20,000 nucleotides of DNA from Phyllosticta citribraziliensis (Eukaryota): positions 116,721 to 136,720 of the forward strand of contig NW_027117355.1 of assembly GCF_038025025.1 (NCBI RefSeq), written 5' to 3'. Below are positions 17,514-20,000 of the stretch, piece by piece. Position numbers and translations under genes: made by a program. Each line of letters begins with the position of its first letter. Position 1 is the stretch's first letter. The notes beneath the pieces were generated by a model. The model saw nothing but the letters and a program-made list of their open reading frames with translations. It did not search any database and was not told where the DNA came from.

Positions 17514-19223
17514 ATGTTGAGAGCCACTTGTGGACCGCTGAAACGAAAAGTCGCACTACTATTCCTCCTCACCATTATTCGACCCGCAATCTCGACCCCA
17601 GGAGCCTTTGACGTCGACTTTACCAAAAACGTCGCGCCGGCCGCGAAGAACAGTCTGGACGACAAGAGCCGGCTTCCCGCTCAGGTCTGCGGCATTATCG
17701 GCGCCTACCTGGCCTTCGTTTTCCTGGTCGGCGTTTCACTGCTCACGTTTGGACGCAAGATGCGGCGCGCGGTGCATGAACGAATCGACGTGGTCAAGGC
17801 CAACCAGTCGAATGGTTTCGAGCTGTCGCCCATGTCGCCCGGCTCGGCGACGCGGTCTAGATGGTGGGCGCCGCAGAGCCCCAGCCGTTTGAAGCAGGCG
17901 TTCAAACGAAACCCGGGGACTACAAATCCTGAGAGCGTGCCCACGAGTCCGCTCAGCGCAACCGAGAGCATGGCGTCTTTTGACCAGCACTTTTTGCGGA
18001 ACCAGCAGGAGCAGCGCCAGCGCGAGATGGAGAAGCTGTATGCTGCCGTTATGGAGCATGATGAGGAGAGGAGGAAGCAAAAGATCCGCGAGTCGGCCGA
18101 AGAGCTTGCTGATGAGGATGCCATTCAAAAGGCGGCCAGAGAAGCTGTTCAGAGTCCGGCGAGGCTCAACACCAACTCGCTTTACCCACCCAGTCCGGCC
18201 AGCCCCTCACCACAGAGTCCTGTGCGCGCCATCCATTCATCTGGTGGCAGCCGTCGTCAATTCTCTGGACCTCCACCAACTCTAAGAGAAGGACAGGGGT
18301 TTGGCATGCAACAGGAAGAGCCGCAATCTCTGTCGCCGCGTGGATTCTTCTCAAGGGCCAGGACACCATCCTACGGGTCGTCAGAGAGCAAACCACGCCG
18401 CTCGATCCGCAACCTCCGCATCAGCAGCCCCATCCCGCGCTTCTCAGCCGCAGAGCGTGACGAAGAAGCCAGGACGCCGCTCTCTCCACGGCACTACACC
18501 CCCGGCCCACCCCCTGAGCCGCCGTCCGCCACGACGGTCGACACGCCCACGACAGCCGAGTCGCTGGGGCCCTTCCGCTACGACGACCTGGACCGCCCGC
18601 CAACATACTACCGGCCAGACGTGCCGCAGCAGTTCGCAAGCCGCCGCTCCGCATCCAGCCCCATCAAGGACCCCTACCGCAACAGCACGAACAACAACAG
18701 CCCTCCGCCGCACTTCCCGCTGCAAACGCCCACCTCGCCCACCGCCGCTACGGTGCCCGTCCTCCTCGACCGCCCGCAGCACCACCAGCCGCCGCCGCCC
18801 GCCCTGCGCCTGGCCACCGCGACGCACTCGTCCCAGCAGGGCCCGCCGCAGCACTCGGCCGCCTCGAGCACCAGCACGCTGCCCTTCCGCGCGCTGCACC
18901 CCGACACCGACGCCTACTCGCCCGTCGCGACCAAGACGACGGTCCTGGAGACGCGGCACCGCGGCGGCGGCGGCGGCGGCGGCGGTTTGCTGTCCCCTGC
19001 GTCGCGGCTGCGCACGCCTGGCACCGCGGGAGGTGGAGGCGTGCCCATGACGCCGTATTCGCCGTATATGCCGTTTACGCCCATCACGCCTGTTACGCCG
19101 CACTTGGTGACGCGTAAGGAGCGCAAGATGCGGGAGAAGGAGGAGAGGAGGGCTAGGGGACGGGCGGGGGTGGTTGATGAGGAGGATGAGGTGGGCGCTG
19201 TGGATTGGGGTGATGCTTATTAG
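17514..19223 (+). CDS. Predicted single-pass membrane protein with long Ser/Pro-rich cytoplasmic tail (569 aa), uncharacterised
   Basis: Signal-like N-terminus (VALLFLLTIIRPAIS), TM helix VCGIIGAYLAFVFLVGVSLLTF followed by GRKMRR, and coiled-coil-like QQEQRQREMEKLYAAVMEHDEERRK. C-terminal PYSPYMPFTPITPVTPHLVTRKERK. Confidence 0.85.
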   Translation: MLRATCGPLKRKVALLFLLTIIRPAISTPGAFDVDFTKNVAPAAKNSLDDKSRLPAQVCGIIGAYLAFVFLVGVSLLTFGRKMRRAVHERIDVVKANQSNGFELSPMSPGSATRSRWWAPQSPSRLKQAFKRNPGTTNPESVPTSPLSATESMASFDQHFLRNQQEQRQREMEKLYAAVMEHDEERRKQKIRESAEELADEDAIQKAAREAVQSPARLNTNSLYPPSPASPSPQSPVRAIHSSGGSRRQFSGPPPTLREGQGFGMQQEEPQSLSPRGFFSRARTPSYGSSESKPRRSIRNLRISSPIPRFSAAERDEEARTPLSPRHYTPGPPPEPPSATTVDTPTTAESLGPFRYDDLDRPPTYYRPDVPQQFASRRSASSPIKDPYRNSTNNNSPPPHFPLQTPTSPTAATVPVLLDRPQHHQPPPPALRLATATHSSQQGPPQHSAASSTSTLPFRALHPDTDAYSPVATKTTVLETRHRGGGGGGGGLLSPASRLRTPGTAGGGGVPMTPYSPYMPFTPITPVTPHLVTRKERKMREKEERRARGRAGVVDEEDEVGAVDWGDAY

Positions 19224-19320
19224 ATGCGAAGCAGGGAGTTGCTGTTCACAAAATGTGGTGGCGTGTTGGAGAGGGGATGTTTCCTGTATTGCATTCTTCC
19301 GTTGGATTTTATTTGTTGGC

Positions 19321-19343
19321 GGCTGGCTGGCTGGCTGGCTGGC
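19321..19343. repeat. (GGCT)5 microsatellite between convergent genes
   Basis: GGCTGGCTGGCTGGCTGGCTGGC. Confidence 0.85.
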
Positions 19344-19437
19344 ATTCTGTCGAGACGGGTTGGATTGTCTAGAAAAGCCATAAGGCTCTGCCTTGCAGAA
19401 ATAGCTGCAGTAAATTGTACTCCCATTCGATGTATAT

Positions 19438-20000
19438 CTACGCCAAAGCAAACTCGACCACGCGCTCCTCGCCCCCATCAACCTCAACAGCACCCTCCCC
19501 CTTCACCTCCCTCCCCAAAACACTCACGCGCCCCTTCGTCCCCGCCGGTGCCTTCACCTTCACCTGAATCTTGCCCTCGTCCTCCTCCCACGTCCACTCC
19601 ACCTCCACGCTCCCTCCAACAACCGGCACCCTTCCCCTCGCCCACCTCACGCCCAACGCGCCCCTCACAGCCTCGACAGCCGGCACGACGACCTCCCACG
19701 CCGCGAACCCCGGCGCCGTCGGCCGCACGCCGAGGACGTACATGGGCAGCACGTAGCTGGGCGCGCCGCCCCACGGATGCGCGAGCGATGTGTACGCGTC
19801 GAGCGCAGGCACGGGCGCCGCGCCGTCCAGGCCGGGCGTCATGTACTCCCAGCTGGCGCCGGAGGCGTAGGTTGGGTCGAGCATGGCGGGCCACTCGCGC
19901 GTGAGGAGGTGCGTGAGGGCGTCTTCTGCTGCGGCTGTCGCGGTGCCTGCTGGGGAGGCGGCAGTGAGCGCGGCGAAGATGGCGTGCAGCAGGAAGTGAC
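19438..20000 (-). CDS. Alpha-L-rhamnosidase (GH78 family), 3' part; gene continues beyond the window
   Basis: Frame is open to the edge: HFLLHAIF...LLTREWPAMLDPTYASGASWEY...YTSLAHPWGGAPSYVLPMYVLGVRPTAPGF...WARGRVPVVGGSVEVEW, matching the GH78 six-hairpin end and C-terminal domain. Confidence 0.88.
   Translation of the reverse strand, partial: HFLLHAIFAALTAASPAGTATAAAEDALTHLLTREWPAMLDPTYASGASWEYMTPGLDGAAPVPALDAYTSLAHPWGGAPSYVLPMYVLGVRPTAPGFAAWEVVVPAVEAVRGALGVRWARGRVPVVGGSVEVEWTWEEDEGKIQVKVKAPAGTKGRVSVLGREVKGEGAVEVDGGEERVVEFALA

Overview
Eukaryotic DNA from a filamentous ascomycete (Pezizomycotina-like), judged from short GT-AG introns with CTRAC/CTRAY branch sites and fungal gene families. 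The ORF track therefore misses several spliced genes, which I rebuilt by hand. Left to right: a possible partial gene at the left edge, an F-box protein with four CxxC pairs, a secreted PAN/apple-like protein, STN1 (2 exons), an SRPBCC protein, a small secreted protein, two tandem intron-sharing RNase H1-like paralogs, a ~1.7 kb gap without a convincing CDS, MRP10/mS37 (3 exons), a ~1039-aa disordered protein (2 exons), a single-pass membrane protein and the 3' end of a GH78 alpha-L-rhamnosidase. Two things stand out. (1) At 11450-12215 there are three long, unrelated, G-U-biased plus-strand stem-loops, each followed by a T-run. They are separated by two copies of a 47-bp element carrying a Pol III B-box-like core, which suggests a milRNA-like/Pol III small-RNA cluster. 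(2) Directly upstream, the RNase H pair shares an unusual Cys/His module in place of the hybrid-binding domain; one copy keeps the full DEDD set and the other has two altered catalytic positions. All calls come from reading the sequence; no searches or folding programs were run.
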